Assembly: GCA_017513085.1 (NCBI GenBank) | Contig: JAFWDK010000010.1 | Span: 323,995 to 387,994, forward strand | Direction of reading: 5' to 3' | Origin: Clostridiales bacterium | GTDB taxonomy: Bacteria; Bacillota; Clostridia; Saccharofermentanales; Saccharofermentanaceae | Length of the DNA stretch: 64,000 bases | In this document: positions 39,178-49,884 of the stretch, piece after piece | How positions within the stretch are numbered: the first letter of the stretch is position 1 | How the letters are laid out: every line of letters starts with the position of its first letter | Position numbers and translations under genes: made by a program | The notes under the pieces: generated by a model | Database searches by the model: none | What the model saw: only the letters and a program-made list of their open reading frames with translations | Told to the model about the DNA's origin: nothing

Positions 39178-39191
39178 CGAACATTCGTTCT
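39178..39191. promoter_or_regulatory. LexA (Cheo/SOS) box of recA
   Basis: CGAACATTCGTTCT = GAAC-N4-GTTC Firmicute LexA consensus, between the promoter and SD of recA. Confidence 0.85.
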
Positions 39192-39200
39192 TACGTATTA

Positions 39201-39229
39201 ATCTTAACAATACATTACCATAACGTCAA
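39201..39229 (-). promoter_or_regulatory. sigma-A promoter of recA
   Basis: TTGACG-N17-TAAGAT with extended -10 TG. Confidence 0.7.
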
Positions 39230-39318
39230 GTGATTTTTCTTCTATTTTTCTCGACAAAAAGCGACAATTCGAGTTATTTTGCCATATATGGAACCGGTAT
39301 GACAAAGAAAGGAATAAA

Positions 39319-40935
39319 TCAGGAAGTCTTCTTTTTTCTTCTGAAGAAACGTCCTAAATACTTCTGATACGCAATCGTCAGTTCTTCCATCTTCAGAAGG
39401 AAGGCAACAACAAAATACACCACAAAACCAAGTATGCAACGTGCGCCTACCCAGAACAGCTGCACGACTTTTCTCTGCGGAACCCATGGTAACAATTCAA
39501 CCAGATACAGGAACCCAACCATCGCAACCAGGCAAATCACGGATTTAACAATGAATACACGTATCTTTTTCGGCGCCAGGACTTTGTTTTTACAATATAC
39601 CCATGCAAGAAGGATCAGACGGACCACACATGCGGCCGAATAAGCAATAGTCAGATAAAGAGGACCAAGATCCAACGTCATAAAGATAAAACAAAGACCA
39701 ACATTAACGATCATGGTCACAATTCCGGCAAATAACGGAAAACGTGTTTTTCCAATCGCATAAAAAGCTTGATTGAGAATAAAGATCACAGACTGAGTCA
39801 CGATGGACAGGCAATAGCCGACAAGGAACAGCGATGCCATTTTGATATTCTCTTCCGTATAGTCTGCGGACCATTTGAAAGCAGCGCGGACGATATCGGA
39901 ACGAAGGACCAGAAAAATACCTGCGCAAGGAATGGCAAGGAATAATGCATTCTTGATACTGCGTGAAAGCAGTTCACTTGCTTTTTTATATTCTTTAACA
40001 GCATAATGTGCAGCTAAAGATGGAAGCATGACATTTCCGATACCGACAGCAAAAATACCATAAGGCAACTGCCACAGAGTTCCTGCATTTCTCAATGCGA
40101 ACAAAGGACCATCATCAAAACGCGAGGCAAAAGAATTCAAAAGCAGCATATTGATCTGAACGACAGAAGCAGAAATCAGTATCGGTACTGCCAGTTTAAA
40201 AAGCTGTCTGAATTCTGAATTGGAAGTGTCCAGAGATGGCCGGAAATGCGAGATCTCCTTCTTTCCCATAAACAGTTGAAAGATAAAATAGATCAGAGCC
40301 GACGCCATAATTCCGAGGCCGGTACGGATAAGGGCATCCTCTGTCGAACCGCCGAGAAAGAATATAGAAAGAAGCACGCAGATATTGTAGATCGTCGGTC
40401 CGAATGCAGTAGAACCGAATTTCTTATATGCATTCAGAATGCCTATGCACAAAGCTGCCAGCATCATGAAAAAGATCTGAGGATACAGGGTACGTGCCAT
40501 GTTTCCGGCAAGACGTACGATTTCCTGGGATTTATTCTGATTAAAGAGATAGTACAGTTTGTTCGAGAAAACTTCTCCGATCACCACAAACAGCAAGACG
40601 ACCAATGTCATCCAGGAGATAAAGATGCTAACACCTTTCCAGGCTTTCTTGTCTTCTTTTTTTTCGATGGCACGGGACAACGTCGGTGTAATGGCTGACT
40701 GGATCGAACCGCCGACAAGAAGTGCAAAGAAAAAATCCGGGATCAGAAATGCCGCAGTAAAAGCTTCTCGGTACGTCTGAGTAAACGAACGGGAAACAAA
40801 AATATCACGCAAGAAGCCTGATCCTTTGGAAAGGAACAGGCCAATAATCATGATAATGGTCGAAAAAGCAATACTTTTCGTCTTAGTGGAAGACGAACTC
40901 TGCTTTTTCACTGTTTTGGATGGCGGATTACTCAT
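39319..40935 (-). CDS. murJ: Lipid II flippase MurJ (MviN)
   Basis: SKGSGFLRD, AF.IPD.F..L..GG, QLPYGIF, numerous transmembrane helices. Confidence 0.9.
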   Translation of the reverse strand: MSNPPSKTVKKQSSSSTKTKSIAFSTIIMIIGLFLSKGSGFLRDIFVSRSFTQTYREAFTAAFLIPDFFFALLVGGSIQSAITPTLSRAIEKKEDKKAWKGVSIFISWMTLVVLLFVVIGEVFSNKLYYLFNQNKSQEIVRLAGNMARTLYPQIFFMMLAALCIGILNAYKKFGSTAFGPTIYNICVLLSIFFLGGSTEDALIRTGLGIMASALIYFIFQLFMGKKEISHFRPSLDTSNSEFRQLFKLAVPILISASVVQINMLLLNSFASRFDDGPLFALRNAGTLWQLPYGIFAVGIGNVMLPSLAAHYAVKEYKKASELLSRSIKNALFLAIPCAGIFLVLRSDIVRAAFKWSADYTEENIKMASLFLVGYCLSIVTQSVIFILNQAFYAIGKTRFPLFAGIVTMIVNVGLCFIFMTLDLGPLYLTIAYSAACVVRLILLAWVYCKNKVLAPKKIRVFIVKSVICLVAMVGFLYLVELLPWVPQRKVVQLFWVGARCILGFVVYFVVAFLLKMEELTIAYQKYLGRFFRRKKKTS

Positions 40936-42197
40936 AGCAGTCTCATTCTGATCAGATTAAAAGCATGCAAAACCGCTTTACGACGGACGCGCATACGATT
41001 ACCGCTCAGGTGAACCTCCTTGACTTCTGTACCCTTCTCATCCGAAATGGCCAGATAAACAAGACCTACCGGTTTTGTGGCGCTTTCGCCTGTTGGACCT
41101 GCAATACCGGTGATGGAAACAGCAATATCCGTACCGAGTAATTTTCTCGCGCCCTCTGCCATTTCCGCAGCACATTCTCTGCTAACCGCTCCAAGGTTGT
41201 CCAGAACATCACCGGAAACACCAAGAAGATTAGATTTTACTTTATTACCGTAAGATACGACAGAGCCCATAAAAACATTGGATGCGCCAGGAATATCAAC
41301 GAATTCGGAAGAAACCATGCCGGCTGTGCAGCTTTCTGCAAAGCAGACTGTCTTTCCACGTTCCAGAAGCATATCAAAAGCAACTTGCTTAAGCGGGCGT
41401 GTTCCGATCTCATAGATGCACTGCCCGAAACGCTCTTTCATCACATTGATGATTGGCGTGATCAGGTCTTTTTCTTCTTCGTCCTTATCGATACGCTGCG
41501 TAATACGGAACATGCACTCACCTTCCGATGCATAGGGAGCAATGGTAGGATTCGTCTGGGAATCGATCAGATCACCGACACGTTCGGCCGCTTCGGATTC
41601 ACCGATTCCGAAAAGATGGACAAACTGTGTTACGAACTTGGAATCACTGATCTTTTCAAGTTCCGGACGTACTTCTTCCGTAAACATGAGTTTCATCTCA
41701 GACGGCGGACCCGGAAGAAGAACAAATCGAACCACACGGTCCGGATCATTCTCGGACGGGCAGGCATAATCAAACATAGCGCCCGGAGCGGTTCCATTAT
41801 GATTGGCAAAAATCGTGCAACCCTCAGGCAACATAGCCTGCTTTCTGTTATTTTTCGGCATATTCCGGCACATTTTTCTGAAATATTCGGTAATGCTGGC
41901 GAAGCTCTCTTCGTCAAATACCAGCTCACGTCCGGCTACTTTTGCAGCAACGCCCATGGTAATATCATCAGTCGTCGGGCCAAGGCCACCGGTCATAATG
42001 ACCAGATCCGCGCGCTGCGCACTCTCCTTGATCTGATCTGCCAGTCGTTCTTCATTATCACCTACCACGATCTGACGATAGGAAGAAATACCGAGAGAAA
42101 CAAGTTCCTGAGCCAAAAACTGGGAATTAGTATTCAGGGTATTTCCCATTAATAATTCAGTACCTACACAAATGATTTCTGCCGAACGGATACTCAT
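40932..42197 (-). CDS. cinA: Competence/damage-inducible protein CinA (molybdopterin-binding domain + NMN deamidase)
   Basis: VGTELLMG, GGLGPT.DD, LPGPP.E, AESCTAG, SITGIAGP. Confidence 0.95.
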   Translation of the reverse strand: MSIRSAEIICVGTELLMGNTLNTNSQFLAQELVSLGISSYRQIVVGDNEERLADQIKESAQRADLVIMTGGLGPTTDDITMGVAAKVAGRELVFDEESFASITEYFRKMCRNMPKNNRKQAMLPEGCTIFANHNGTAPGAMFDYACPSENDPDRVVRFVLLPGPPSEMKLMFTEEVRPELEKISDSKFVTQFVHLFGIGESEAAERVGDLIDSQTNPTIAPYASEGECMFRITQRIDKDEEEKDLITPIINVMKERFGQCIYEIGTRPLKQVAFDMLLERGKTVCFAESCTAGMVSSEFVDIPGASNVFMGSVVSYGNKVKSNLLGVSGDVLDNLGAVSRECAAEMAEGARKLLGTDIAVSITGIAGPTGESATKPVGLVYLAISDEKGTEVKEVHLSGNRMRVRRKAVLHAFNLIRMRLL

Positions 42198-42198
42198 A

Positions 42199-43062
42199 TT
42201 ATGCACGTCCTTTCTCAATTCGTTCAAAAGCTTCCAGAGTATTCTGGAGCAACATGGTAATGGTCATCGGACCTACACCACCCGGTACAGGCGTAATGGC
42301 AGATGCTACATCCACAACATCATCAAAGTCAACATCGCCTCTCACCTTGCCATCTTCGCAACGGTTAATGCCGACATCGATGATCACGGCGCCCTCCTTG
42401 ACGAACTCTTTGGTAACAAAACCTTGTTTACCGATAGCAACGATCAGGATATCGGCCTGCTTGCAGATCTCCTTGATATTCTTTGTTCGGGAATGTACTA
42501 CAGTAACTGTGGCATTCTCGTGGAGCATCAGTGAAGCAACAGGCTTACCGACAATATTACTTCTACCGATAACCACACAATTCTTACCGGAAATATCGAC
42601 ATTTGCGTACTTCAGAAGCTCTATACAGCCCTTCGGTGTACATGAAACCAGGCAATCTTTTCCGATTGAAAGCAGACCCTTGTTGACAGGATGGAAGCCA
42701 TCGACATCTTTTTCCGGAGCAATCGCGCAAATTACGGAAAACTCGTCCATATGCTTCGGAAGTGGAAGCTGACAAAGAATACCATGCACATTCGGATCCT
42801 TATTCAATGTATCGATCAGCTCCAGAAGTTCCGCTTCCGATGCGGTTTCCGGAAGCGAATATCCGAATGACTTAAAACCAACCTGCTCGCAGGCTTTTTT
42901 CTTATTATTTACATAAATTGTAGAGGCCGGGTTTTCGCCTACCTGAATAACGGCAAGTCCCGGTTGTTTACCGTACTTTGCTGCCAGTTCCGAAGCTTCT
43001 TTAGTAATTCTCTCCCGAATGATGGAAGAAAGTTCTTTTCCTGAAATAAGTGTTGCGCTCAT
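42199..43062 (-). CDS. folD: Methylenetetrahydrofolate dehydrogenase/cyclohydrolase
   Basis: QLPLP, EKDVDGFHP, GRSNIVGKP, ITPVPGGVGPMT. Confidence 0.97.
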   Translation of the reverse strand: MSATLISGKELSSIIRERITKEASELAAKYGKQPGLAVIQVGENPASTIYVNNKKKACEQVGFKSFGYSLPETASEAELLELIDTLNKDPNVHGILCQLPLPKHMDEFSVICAIAPEKDVDGFHPVNKGLLSIGKDCLVSCTPKGCIELLKYANVDISGKNCVVIGRSNIVGKPVASLMLHENATVTVVHSRTKNIKEICKQADILIVAIGKQGFVTKEFVKEGAVIIDVGINRCEDGKVRGDVDFDDVVDVASAITPVPGGVGPMTITMLLQNTLEAFERIEKGRA

Positions 43063-43065
43063 GTT

Positions 43066-45858
43066 TTACCCCTTCTTTGATTTAATTTCGAGCCATTGTG
43101 TCTGATCGATCAGGATCTTACGTGGCTTACTGCCTTCAAATGGACCGATATAGCCCTTATCCGCCATACGGTCAATAAGTCTGGAAGCTCTCGGATAACC
43201 GAGATTCAGACGACGTTGCAGGATCGATACGGAAGCATATCCGGCCTGAAGAACAACTTCCACCGCATCGTAGAACAGTTCATCTTCACCATCTCCATCC
43301 GAAGCGGCATTGCCGGCAGAAGAACTGCCGCCGCCCTTAGAAGCATTTACAATAGCCTCCGCCATTTCCTCATCATATTGTACACTATTATTCGCCTTTA
43401 TATAACCGATAACTTCTTCCACTTCTTTATCTGTTACAAAAGCACCCTGTCCACGTACCGGTTTAGCAGCGCTCTGAGGATAGTAGAGCATATCGCCCTT
43501 TCCTAGAAGCTTTTCTGCACCGACCATATCCAGGATCGTACGGCTATCGACCTGACTGGATACGGCAAAAGCAATTCTCGACGGAATGTTTGCCTTAATA
43601 ACACCGGTAATAACGTCAACAGAAGGACGTTGAGTAGCAATCAGAAGATGGATGCCGGCAGCTCGGGCCATAGCCGTGAGTCGGGAGATCGATTCTTCGA
43701 CTTCTTTGGACGCAACCTGCATAAGATCCGCGAGCTCGTCGATAACGACCAGGATAAGAGGAAGTTTATCTTCTTCATTTTGGCAACAGGCATTATAACC
43801 CTTAAAATCTCGTACGGCAGCTTCCGCAAACTTGGCATATCGCTGGGTCATTTCGTTAACCGCCCAATTCAAAGCATTCGCAGCTTTCTTCGGATCTGTT
43901 ACGACCGGACACAACAAATGCGGAATACCATTATATACAGCAAGTTCTACTACTTTCGGGTCGACCATGATCATGCGTACTTGCTTCGGCGTAGCATGAC
44001 AAAGAATACTGATCAGGATCGAGTTGATACATACGGATTTACCTGAACCGGTAGAACCCGCAATAAGGAGATGAGGCATTTTGGCCAGATCACAAACGAT
44101 CGGATCACCCGGAATATCTTTACCAAGTGCAACAGCCAATGGAGAGTCTTCGATCGCTTTTCTGTATTTTTGCGACTCAAGCAAATTTCCAAGATGCACC
44201 GGAGCCACCGACTTATTCGGAACCTCGATACCGACAGCGGATTTTCCCGGGATCGGTGCTTCGATACGGACACTTTGTGCGGCCAGAGCCAGCGCAATAT
44301 CATCCGAAAGATTTGTAATACGGCTTACCTTAATACCAGGAGCCGGAACCACTTCAAATCTTGTGATCGCCGGACCACGTGTCACATCGCCGAGACGAGT
44401 CTCAATGCCGAAACTCTTTAATGCTGCTACAAGTTTCATACCCTCTTCATCCTGGCCATTGACAGCTTTTCTTGGCGCAGCAGGCGCATCATGTCCAAGA
44501 ATGTGCGTAGGCGCAGCAGAATATTTCGCATTGGCACGGGAAGCACGAGGTGCTTTAGCAACCGGAGGAAGATCTACAGGAGCCGTTTGTGCCGGAGATG
44601 TTTCCACGAAAGTTCTCTTCTCTTCCACCTGCTCCGGCTTATGTACCGGTGCGACGGGAGCCTGTTCAACGGCTAGCGGATCAAAATCAACTTGCGGGGC
44701 AGAAGGAACCTTCTCCCTCTCCATATTGTTCAGATCCGGAACACGAATCCGGGTTCCGCCCTGCTCATGTACTTTTCCATCGTCATAGATCTCATCAGTT
44801 GCCACAGGAGGTGGTAAAATGGTTCCCGGCTTCGGCTCGGTCGGATCGGGAATCAGCACATCCAGAAACTGAGGCTCATCTTCCTCACGACTCACCGGCT
44901 TAGGCTGCTGAGGATTACTAAAACTGATATCCACACGTGGCTCTCTCGGAACTTCGACTTTTCTGGCTTCCGGAGAAAGATCGACATCATGAGTCAAATC
45001 AAAATCAAAGTCCTTCTCACGCTCCGACCAGGGAAGCTGATTCATACGGACTTCAGTACCCTCTAAATCAATGAAACCCTGTGGCTCCTCAACTTCTTCA
45101 AAAGGAGATTGCTTCGGTTTTACAATAAAACCTCCGTTTGAAGTATGTCTTGGCTGTGGGCGTTGATTATGATTCCGAAGATACGCCTGTTCGCGCATCT
45201 GTCGTTCTTTTTCACGATACTCTCTGTCATGACGGATCACTTCCGAAGCGCGATGACCGGTCGTACGGATCACATGTGCAGTCTTAGATGCAGTAGCTTT
45301 GATGCTGATATTAAAGATCAGCACGATCTGTGAAATCGTAAAAGCGATCAGGATAAGCAGAGCCCCCAGCTTAGCAGCCAAGGCACGTAATGCCAATGCG
45401 ATGGACCCTCCCAGTACACCACCGGAAAGAATGATATCACCTTCCGGTGCACCAAGTTTTTCAGGCTCCATACCCATCTTCCAAAGAAGCGCAATTGCTT
45501 TACTGGCTTTCACATCGCCATCCGGAAGAACCATACTCGCCGCTTTTACATATTTAGGACTGACGGTGCAGACAGCAAGGATCGCAGCGATGCTGACAAG
45601 AAGCATAAGAACGGATCTGACACGGATATGCGCCACGCCCGGCCGCTTCTCAATAAAATAATCTACCGCAGCATAAATCAGGATCAATGGTATTGCGTAA
45701 GCGGCAACGCCAATAAGTCCGGTGCCGATTCCACGTAAAAAGCGCCCTAGTGAGCCGGTCAAAGACATCGGCAGGTAATAGGACAAACCAAGTAATACTG
45801 CAAAAGCAAACAGCAGTACACCTGTAACTTCATGCTTTTGTGCGTATTTCTCGTCCAT
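43066..45858 (-). CDS. ftsK: DNA translocase FtsK/SpoIIIE
   Basis: N-terminal transmembrane helices, Pro-rich linker, AGSTGSGKS, DELADLM, ATQRPS, gamma domain LQRRLNLGYPRA. Confidence 0.96.
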   Translation of the reverse strand: MDEKYAQKHEVTGVLLFAFAVLLGLSYYLPMSLTGSLGRFLRGIGTGLIGVAAYAIPLILIYAAVDYFIEKRPGVAHIRVRSVLMLLVSIAAILAVCTVSPKYVKAASMVLPDGDVKASKAIALLWKMGMEPEKLGAPEGDIILSGGVLGGSIALALRALAAKLGALLILIAFTISQIVLIFNISIKATASKTAHVIRTTGHRASEVIRHDREYREKERQMREQAYLRNHNQRPQPRHTSNGGFIVKPKQSPFEEVEEPQGFIDLEGTEVRMNQLPWSEREKDFDFDLTHDVDLSPEARKVEVPREPRVDISFSNPQQPKPVSREEDEPQFLDVLIPDPTEPKPGTILPPPVATDEIYDDGKVHEQGGTRIRVPDLNNMEREKVPSAPQVDFDPLAVEQAPVAPVHKPEQVEEKRTFVETSPAQTAPVDLPPVAKAPRASRANAKYSAAPTHILGHDAPAAPRKAVNGQDEEGMKLVAALKSFGIETRLGDVTRGPAITRFEVVPAPGIKVSRITNLSDDIALALAAQSVRIEAPIPGKSAVGIEVPNKSVAPVHLGNLLESQKYRKAIEDSPLAVALGKDIPGDPIVCDLAKMPHLLIAGSTGSGKSVCINSILISILCHATPKQVRMIMVDPKVVELAVYNGIPHLLCPVVTDPKKAANALNWAVNEMTQRYAKFAEAAVRDFKGYNACCQNEEDKLPLILVVIDELADLMQVASKEVEESISRLTAMARAAGIHLLIATQRPSVDVITGVIKANIPSRIAFAVSSQVDSRTILDMVGAEKLLGKGDMLYYPQSAAKPVRGQGAFVTDKEVEEVIGYIKANNSVQYDEEMAEAIVNASKGGGSSSAGNAASDGDGEDELFYDAVEVVLQAGYASVSILQRRLNLGYPRASRLIDRMADKGYIGPFEGSKPRKILIDQTQWLEIKSKKG

Positions 45859-46430
45859 CAGATGCCAACCATTCTTGCAGCTTTTAAGATAGCCGCAACC
45901 GTCTTTCCGTCACTGATCTCACCCTGCATGATTTTATCCACCGCTTCTCTCAACGGAATCTTGATTACCTGAAGGAATTCTCCGTCATCTGGGTTACCAT
46001 CTCCGAAAGAAAGACCTGTTGCAAGATACATATAGATCTTCTCCGAGCAATAACCGGGCGTGGAATACATAAATCCAAGATCCTGAATTTTCTCAGCAGT
46101 CATACCGGTCTCTTCTTTCAATTCACGAATGGCACAAGCCTTCGGGTCTTCTCCCTTTTCGAGTTTTCCGGCAGGCAGTTCCATCAGGATCTTGCCAAAC
46201 GGAGAACGGAACTGTCTGACCATAAAAATATTGTTTTCTGAATCAAGGGCACAGATGGTAGCTCCCCCATTATGAAGTACGATCTCACGGCGGGCCGGTC
46301 TTCCATCGGCAAGTTCTATCTTTCTCACCTCAACATCGAAGACTTTTCCCGAAAAAACAGTCTCTGCTTCCAGCGTTTTTTCACTAAGCTGTTCCTCAGC
46401 AGCAGCAATATTCCCCTTACTTACAGTCAT
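45858..46430 (-). CDS. nudF: NUDIX hydrolase (ADP-ribose pyrophosphatase, NudF-like)
   Basis: Nudix box ELPAGKLE.GE....A.RELKEETG, QFR, TPG. Confidence 0.88.
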   Translation of the reverse strand: MTVSKGNIAAAEEQLSEKTLEAETVFSGKVFDVEVRKIELADGRPARREIVLHNGGATICALDSENNIFMVRQFRSPFGKILMELPAGKLEKGEDPKACAIRELKEETGMTAEKIQDLGFMYSTPGYCSEKIYMYLATGLSFGDGNPDDGEFLQVIKIPLREAVDKIMQGEISDGKTVAAILKAARMVGI

Positions 46431-46431
46431 T

Positions 46432-46884
46432 TCAAGCATCTCCCTGTTTCTTAGTAGCAGCAACAGCCAAAGCATCACAACGATTGTTGTATTCGTTATC
46501 AGCATGACCTTTCACTTTAACCCATTTGATCCGGTGAATCGCGCTCAAAGCGTCCAGTTCCTGCCATAAATCTATATTACTAACAGTTTGTTTCGAACTG
46601 TTTTTCCATCCGTTACGTTTCCAAGACACGATCCAGCCCGCAGTAAAGCCGTTTACGAGATATGCGCTATCGCTGTACAGCGTCACATCGCACGGTTTCT
46701 TCAAACACTTCAGCGCAAAGATTGCGGCGGATAATTCCATCCTGTTATTGGTGGTTAGTTTTTCTCCGCCGGAAATCTCTTTTTCCACACCACGGCAGAT
46801 CAGGATTGCGCCCCAGCCACCTGGTCCGGGGTTGCCGGAACAGGCACCGTCAGTATAAATGTCGACATGGATCAGATCAGCCAC
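46432..46884 (-). CDS. rnhA: Ribonuclease HI
   Basis: [34 protein letters not shown]. Confidence 0.97.
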   Translation of the reverse strand: MADLIHVDIYTDGACSGNPGPGGWGAILICRGVEKEISGGEKLTTNNRMELSAAIFALKCLKKPCDVTLYSDSAYLVNGFTAGWIVSWKRNGWKNSSKQTVSNIDLWQELDALSAIHRIKWVKVKGHADNEYNNRCDALAVAATKKQGDA

Positions 46885-46887
46885 AGA

Positions 46888-47691
46888 TCACTTTCCTCCA
46901 GAAAGAGCCTTGGTCTTTACATCCGCAGCAATTACAGCATCTTCTACAGCAGCACGGAGACCGCCTTTTTCCAAAGCAAGAACACCCTCGATAGTAGTTC
47001 CGCCAGGAGAGCATACCTGATCCTTAAGAATTGCAGGATGTGTACCGGTTTCCACCATAAGTTTGCCGGAACCATAAACAGTCATTGCAGCAATATCCAA
47101 AGCAGTCTTACGAGGAATACCAAGTTTTACGGCAGCATCTGCCATTGCTTCAATGAAAAGCATAACGTATGCAGGGCCTGTGCCGGATACACAACCGATG
47201 GCATCCAGTGTCTTCTCATCGCACGGAACGACCATTCCGCATGTATTCAAAAGTTTCTCAACAAAAGCCTTCTTCTCATCGTCCACATTCCTGGTGCAAA
47301 AAGCACACACGCTGGCACCGACCAATGCAGGAGTATTCGGCATTACACGAACCACAGATGCCTCATCACCAAGAATACCGGAAATACGTGAAAGCGTAAC
47401 ACCCGCAGCGATCGAAATCACCACCGAACCGGATTTCAAAGACGGTTTCAGATTACTTAACGCAGCATCAAACACTTGCGGCTTAACGGCCATAAGCACA
47501 TAATCCGCATTCTCTACCGCCTTGGTAGGATCGGTGAAAGGAGCGCAGCCTGTCTCGGATGCGAGTTTTTCAACTTTTTCTTTATCTAAATCACAAAGAC
47601 GGACTTCGCCGGAAGAAAGAATTCCGCTGTTAATAAATCCGCCAACAAGCGCACGGCCCATATTTCCTGTTCCAATAACTGAAAAAACCAT
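46888..47691 (-). CDS. proC: Pyrroline-5-carboxylate reductase
   Basis: GTGNMG, AVKPQ, RVMPNTP, SGTGPAY, SPGGTT. Confidence 0.96.
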   Translation of the reverse strand: MVFSVIGTGNMGRALVGGFINSGILSSGEVRLCDLDKEKVEKLASETGCAPFTDPTKAVENADYVLMAVKPQVFDAALSNLKPSLKSGSVVISIAAGVTLSRISGILGDEASVVRVMPNTPALVGASVCAFCTRNVDDEKKAFVEKLLNTCGMVVPCDEKTLDAIGCVSGTGPAYVMLFIEAMADAAVKLGIPRKTALDIAAMTVYGSGKLMVETGTHPAILKDQVCSPGGTTIEGVLALEKGGLRAAVEDAVIAADVKTKALSGGK

Positions 47692-47749
47692 GTAAAAAAA
47701 CACCTCTTATATAAATCGATTTATCACAGATAAAATCATAACATTCTAC

Positions 47750-47778
47750 TTGACATCATGCAAACACTTGAGTAATAT
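47750..47778 (+). promoter_or_regulatory. sigma-A promoter of tRNA-Trp
   Basis: TTGACA-N17-TAATAT. Confidence 0.7.
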
Positions 47779-47813
47779 ATTGCTTGTTGTTTGGTCATTT
47801 CGGACCATTTCAT

Positions 47814-47888
47814 AGGGGAGTGGCTCAATGGTAGAGCAGCGGTCTCCAAAACCGCTGGTTGCATGTTCGAATCGTGTCTCCCCTGCCA
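47814..47888 (+). tRNA. tRNA-Trp (CCA)
   Basis: Cloverleaf: acceptor AGGGGAG/CTCCCCT, anticodon arm GCGGT-CTCCAAA-ACCGC, T-loop TTCGAAT, encoded CCA end. Confidence 0.96.
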
Positions 47889-47890
47889 GA

Positions 47891-47925
47891 AGAACCGTCA
47901 GAGACTTTTCTGACGGTTCTTTTTT
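47891..47925 (+). terminator. Intrinsic terminator after tRNA-Trp
   Basis: AGAACCGTCAGA / TCTGACGGTTCT followed by a T-run. Confidence 0.85.
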
Positions 47926-48018
47926 CGTATTTTCCATACTTTTTCTTCAAAAGAACTTGCATTTCCTCTTCATTTCCTTTAGGCTTCTTGTTGTTGACGT
48001 TTTTACGGAGGTATAAAC

Positions 48019-48621
48019 ATGGATATTGTATGTCTGGATATGGAAGGCGTTCTTGTTCCGGAGATTTGGATCGCTTTTGCAAAAGAATCCGGAATTCCTG
48101 AACTGACAAGGACTACCAGAGACGAGCCGGATTACGACAAGCTCATGAAATGGAGACTCGGGATCCTTAAAGAACATGGCCTGGGACTCAAAGAGATCCA
48201 GGATGTCATCTCCCGTATTGATCCGCTACCTGGTGCCAGAGAGTTTCTTGATACGCTCAGAAAACACGCGCAGGTGATCATAATCAGCGATACTTTCACA
48301 CAGTTTGGTATGCCTCTTATGGAAAAACTCGGTTATCCGACTCTTTTCTGCAACAAATTGGAAGTAGCCGACAATGGCGAAATTACCGGATTTACCATGC
48401 GTTGCAAAGATTCCAAGCTGACTACCGTACGTTCCTTACAGGCTATGGGATTTGATACGATCGCCGCTGGTGACAGTTATAACGATCTTGCCATGATCAA
48501 AGCCAGTCGCAAAGGCTTCCTCTTCCGAAGCACAGAACAGATCATTCAGGACAATCCTGAGATACCCGCTTTTGAAGAATTTGATGATTTCCTGTCAGCG
48601 ATCCTAAGCGAATTATCCTGA
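48019..48621 (+). CDS. thrH: Bifunctional phosphoserine phosphatase/homoserine phosphotransferase (HAD family)
   Basis: CLDMEGVLVPEIW, TTRDEPDYD.LM, SDTF, GDSYND. Confidence 0.93.
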   Translation: MDIVCLDMEGVLVPEIWIAFAKESGIPELTRTTRDEPDYDKLMKWRLGILKEHGLGLKEIQDVISRIDPLPGAREFLDTLRKHAQVIIISDTFTQFGMPLMEKLGYPTLFCNKLEVADNGEITGFTMRCKDSKLTTVRSLQAMGFDTIAAGDSYNDLAMIKASRKGFLFRSTEQIIQDNPEIPAFEEFDDFLSAILSELS

Positions 48622-48634
48622 TAAAAGAATAAAC

Positions 48635-48667
48635 AAAAAAGCTTCTGCACTATGCAGAAGCTTTTTT
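48635..48667. terminator. Bidirectional intrinsic terminator
   Basis: AAAAAAGCTTCTGCA-cta-TGCAGAAGCTTTTTT between convergent genes. Confidence 0.85.
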
Positions 48668-48687
48668 ATTGTCAATTACACGCCAAC

Positions 48688-49746
48688 TCAAATGACATCC
48701 TGGAACACATAGGAATCTGCTTCCGATTCAGGAATAATATCCAGGACAAGCATTCCATACCCGTTGATATTGTTATACGAAACAGAAAATGCATAACCTT
48801 TGTCTTTATATATAACAGCACGCTCAGTGGAAGAAATTGACATAGAGTAAGCGTTACAGATCTTCTCATAAGCCTTCTGACTCTCAAGTTTCTCATCAAG
48901 AGGAACAAGATAGCTTCCCATGATCTGAAGTGTCGCATTGATCTGCTCTTCCGAATCCACAAGGGCATAAAAGCGGAGCATTTTCAAAAGTTTTCCGCCT
49001 TTGACCTCAATTCCCGTTACATAAAGAGGAATCTTAAGATCGTTATCGATCATCGCATCAAAATACTGTCCTTCCGAAACATTGGTAGAACTCTCATCGC
49101 GGTATGTCGGAGGCAGCAAAGCAAAGCCATGACTTAAAATCGATTTGTAATATTGCGTATTGAGATACTTTTCCCGATAGTCCTTTTCCGTAAGTCCTAA
49201 AGAGGAAACAGTATTCATCGAATTTATAATATAAAAGATTCCGGCGCACAGAGCAGCTAAAGCAATCAGTATTCCTGCGACAGTCACAGCGTCAAACTTA
49301 ACCTTTTTCTTCTCTTTTGTCACCTTCTCTTCAGCTTTGATCTTAGTCAGTTTTTTAACCTGTGAAGGCTCGGAAGATGACATTTCATTTTCAAGTTCTT
49401 CAACCTTTTCCAAGGTCAGGTTACGCTCTGCCGCGCGCTTTTCGAAGAAGCTCTCTACTTCTTCTGACTCCGCCTCATCAAACTCATCCGTATCGGAAGC
49501 ATTCTCTTCGATCACCTCATCCGATGCATCCTCTGCCCCGTAATCTTCAATCAATTCATCCGTCTCGTCTTCGGCAGTATCTTCTTTCGTCTCTTCCTCT
49601 TCAGAAGCAACCTTATAATTCTTGCTTTTCTTTCCTGGAATGACATCCTTGATCTCCTTATCCATTCCCATTCCGGAAAGACGGACAGTCAGATTCTTCA
49701 AATCAACCTCAGGAGATTCATTTTCATTCTGTACAAACTTAGCCAT
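48688..49746 (-). CDS. Hypothetical bitopic membrane protein with an acidic N-terminal region
   Basis: 352-aa ORF filling the gap between terminator and divergent promoter; D/E-rich segment, Lys patch, one transmembrane helix (AVTVAGILIALAALCAGIFYII), C-terminal domain. Confidence 0.75.
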   Translation of the reverse strand: MAKFVQNENESPEVDLKNLTVRLSGMGMDKEIKDVIPGKKSKNYKVASEEEETKEDTAEDETDELIEDYGAEDASDEVIEENASDTDEFDEAESEEVESFFEKRAAERNLTLEKVEELENEMSSSEPSQVKKLTKIKAEEKVTKEKKKVKFDAVTVAGILIALAALCAGIFYIINSMNTVSSLGLTEKDYREKYLNTQYYKSILSHGFALLPPTYRDESSTNVSEGQYFDAMIDNDLKIPLYVTGIEVKGGKLLKMLRFYALVDSEEQINATLQIMGSYLVPLDEKLESQKAYEKICNAYSMSISSTERAVIYKDKGYAFSVSYNNINGYGMLVLDIIPESEADSYVFQDVI

Positions 49747-49884
49747 ATTCGACGTCCTTTCAAAAAAGCTCTACGAAGATAATAATCATATTTCTTTGTC
49801 TTCGCAACTCTTTTACCGAAAAACACGCTTGTCAGCAAACGAAATGTCCGTTAGCATTAAAGTAAGAATCAAGGAGGATGCGTT

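Noticed and set aside
47746-48177. Cluster of short ORFs around tRNA-Trp
   Set aside because: They overlap the tRNA, its terminator and the thrH start; no coding signal.
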